Shown: positions 62,385 through 64,000 of the stretch, piece by piece
Layout of the letters: each line of letters begins with the position of its first letter
Numbering within the stretch: the stretch's first letter is position 1
From: an uncultured Bacilli bacterium
Lineage (GTDB): Bacteria > Bacillota_I > Bacilli_A > RF39 > UBA660
Assembly (NCBI GenBank): GCA_944332435.1
Contig: CALVJW010000001.1
Location: forward strand, 16,370 to 80,369
Reading direction: 5' to 3'
Length of the DNA stretch: 64,000 nucleotides
Made by a program: the position numbers and the translations under genes
Notes under the pieces: model-generated
Seen by the model: the letters and a program-made list of their open reading frames with translations, nothing else
Told to the model about the DNA's origin: nothing
Databases searched by the model: none

Positions 62385-62414
62385 CAAACGAATGTTTGCA
62401 AAAACAAATGTTCC
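62385..62414. promoter_or_regulatory. Two Cheo/SOS boxes in the lexA control region
   Basis: CAAACGAATGTTTG (62385-62398) overlaps the lexA -35 (TTGACA, minus strand 62387-62382; -10 TATGAT 62364-62359). AAAACAAATGTTCC at 62401-62414. Confidence 0.6.
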
Positions 62415-62487
62415 TTTTTTTAGGTGTTGACAACACACAAATTATCTGCTAATATATGTCCTTGTCAAAGGAAAGAGGGTTTATAAT

Positions 62488-63312
62488 ATGAAAGATATTG
62501 AAAATTTAAGATTATGTTGTGGTGCTATGGCAAGTGTTACAAGAGGACATGAATATAGAAATTATATTGATAGAGAAATTAATCATATTATGGTATTATT
62601 TCCAGAAGATAAAATGTCTGAATTATATAATCTTTGTATAAATAATGGAATTGACCAAGTAGCAGAGCAATACATGTTTTCAGGTGAAGCATTAGCAATT
62701 GTTATTAATGGATATGTAAATGGTTTAGTGGCAGAAAAACAAGTGGGAAAAAAGAAAAAACCACAACAAGCGAGAGTTTTTTCAAAAAGTAGGCTTGTTA
62801 CCGATATAAAACAAAGCCGAAAAGCAAATAAAATTTTTATATATTTTGCTGATGGAAGATTTGAAGCATTAGCTCGTGAAGGAAAAAACTATCGATTAGT
62901 AAAAGAAAAAATTATTGAATTCGGAAGAGTGATTGTTGAAACAATTGAGGAAAATATATTGTCAGACCAAACTATTAATAAAGTTAATAAATTAGAACCA
63001 TCAGAACGTTCTAATGCATTAATAAAAAAAGTTAAAACCGAAAAGAAACTTTTGATGGAGGAAAGACAACTATATATGAAGTGGAAATTCTATTTTGAAC
63101 ATCAAGATGAAATTGAACAAATGATGCAGTATAAAACAAGCGAAGATTTAAAATTATTACTACGTGGAAGAATTCCTACTTTTAAGCAATTGAATTCAGC
63201 TACTTATACTTTTTCAAATTTAGAAGAAGATTTTGATATTGCAAGAAGAATGTATGAGCAAATTCAAGCAAACGAAGAATCTTTAGTTCAAACATTAATA
63301 CATATAAAATAG
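62488..63312 (+). CDS. Hypothetical protein divergent from lexA
   Basis: 274-aa ORF. Promoter TTGACA-17-TAATAT at 62427-62455. No motif. Confidence 0.5.
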   Translation: MKDIENLRLCCGAMASVTRGHEYRNYIDREINHIMVLFPEDKMSELYNLCINNGIDQVAEQYMFSGEALAIVINGYVNGLVAEKQVGKKKKPQQARVFSKSRLVTDIKQSRKANKIFIYFADGRFEALAREGKNYRLVKEKIIEFGRVIVETIEENILSDQTINKVNKLEPSERSNALIKKVKTEKKLLMEERQLYMKWKFYFEHQDEIEQMMQYKTSEDLKLLLRGRIPTFKQLNSATYTFSNLEEDFDIARRMYEQIQANEESLVQTLIHIK

Positions 63313-63346
63313 AGTTTTAGCTCTATTTTTTATTTTGATGTAAACA

Positions 63347-63398
63347 CGAACAATCGTTTGATAAAATCATTGACACAAACAAGTGTTCGTGATAAGAT
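63347..63398 (+). promoter_or_regulatory. Promoter with two Cheo/SOS boxes
   Basis: CGAACAATCGTTTG (63347-63360). TTGACA (63370-63375). CAAACAAGTGTTCG (63376-63389) fills the spacer. -10 TAAGAT (63393-63398). Confidence 0.6.
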
Positions 63399-63420
63399 GT
63401 AAATAGAAAGAGGGATGTAT

Positions 63421-63567
63421 ATGAAAGAAATTATGGAAAGCAAAATTATGGTAGGATTTATTATCTTTGTATTGGGATTTACTTATCTAGATTCAATGAA
63501 AGTAAAACGATTGGAAGAAAAACAGACCAATGAAATGAAAGAAATTGTTGTAATGAATATGAATTAA
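63421..63567 (+). CDS. 48-aa single-TM peptide, SOS-regulated candidate
   Basis: RBS AGAAAGAGGGA. MKEIMESKIMVGFIIFVLGFTYLDSMKVKRLEEKQTNEMKEIVVMNMN. Below the ORF-track cutoff. Confidence 0.45.
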   Translation: MKEIMESKIMVGFIIFVLGFTYLDSMKVKRLEEKQTNEMKEIVVMNMN

Positions 63568-63628
63568 GTCTTTTATGGTTATAAAAAGTTTGATATAATA
63601 GTTTTGATAAGATAAAGGGGACTAGAAT

Positions 63629-64000
63629 ATGGAACTAAATATAGAAAAAAATGTAATATCAGAACAAGATATTGTTAGTAACATTAAAGGGTTAGCACTG
63701 GATATGATTCATGAAGCAAAAAGTGGGCATCCGGGTATTGTACTTAGTGCTGCACCTATTTTATATACGTTATTTGCACATCATTTGAATATCAATACAA
63801 ATGATCCAAAATGGGTAAATCGCGACCGCTTTGTCATGTCAGCAGGACATGGCTCAGCGTTGCTGTATGCGACAATGTTTATGGCTGGATATGATTTAAC
63901 GATTGAAGATTTAAAACAGTTTAGAAGAGCAGGATCTAAAACACCAGGGCATCCAGAATATGGTGTAACTCCTGGTGTAGATGTTTCTACTGGACCACTT
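63629..64000 (+). CDS. tkt: Transketolase (5' part, runs off the window)
   Basis: [20 protein letters not shown]...[18 protein letters not shown]...PGHPE. Confidence 0.9.
   Translation, partial: MELNIEKNVISEQDIVSNIKGLALDMIHEAKSGHPGIVLSAAPILYTLFAHHLNINTNDPKWVNRDRFVMSAGHGSALLYATMFMAGYDLTIEDLKQFRRAGSKTPGHPEYGVTPGVDVSTGPL

Overview
AT-rich (about 28-30% GC by eye), standard-code, Gram-positive (Bacillota) chromosomal window; Erysipelotrichia/Clostridia-like is only a guess. The backbone is housekeeping: uppS-cdsA-rseP, two ABC systems, DUF3048/HD/polytopic envelope genes, sortase B with a substrate, a CDF transporter, a SWIM-SNF2 helicase, CIRCE-hsp20, an ECF sigma/anti-sigma pair, Ca2+ and heavy-metal P-type ATPases with an ArsR repressor, DedA, sufB, pdp, rpoZ, ftsK, a NifS-type desulfurase, a DAACS symporter, lexA and the 5' end of tkt. 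Three tRNAs (Leu-GAG, Arg-CCT, Thr-GGT) each border an accessory patch. (1) tRNA-Leu is followed by two broken orphan genes and a 10-bp repeat of the tRNA 3' end. (2) tRNA-Arg is followed by an IS110 element, four small membrane ORFs, a YtrA/ABC operon and an IS3 scar. (3) tRNA-Thr abuts a decaying element with a nonsense- and frameshift-riddled large serine recombinase and several other pseudogenes. A fourth patch is the most unusual. One ssb 5' half is followed by two tandem, divergent ssb 3' halves. Each 3' half starts with the same 36-nt block, and the pieces are separated by cargo cassettes (XRE plus a HEPN-like pair, a frameshifted membrane protein, a VanY-type peptidase). Other leads: a promoter-driven, structured ~200-nt leader upstream of the IS110 transposase (bridge-RNA candidate); a 48-aa membrane peptide behind two Cheo/SOS boxes; a GGGtGRT/NifU-like pair of unknown function; and an NPNTSD sorting signal next to srtB. 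No rRNA, CRISPR array or intact integrase was seen. All calls come from reading the sequence and motifs; no database search was run.
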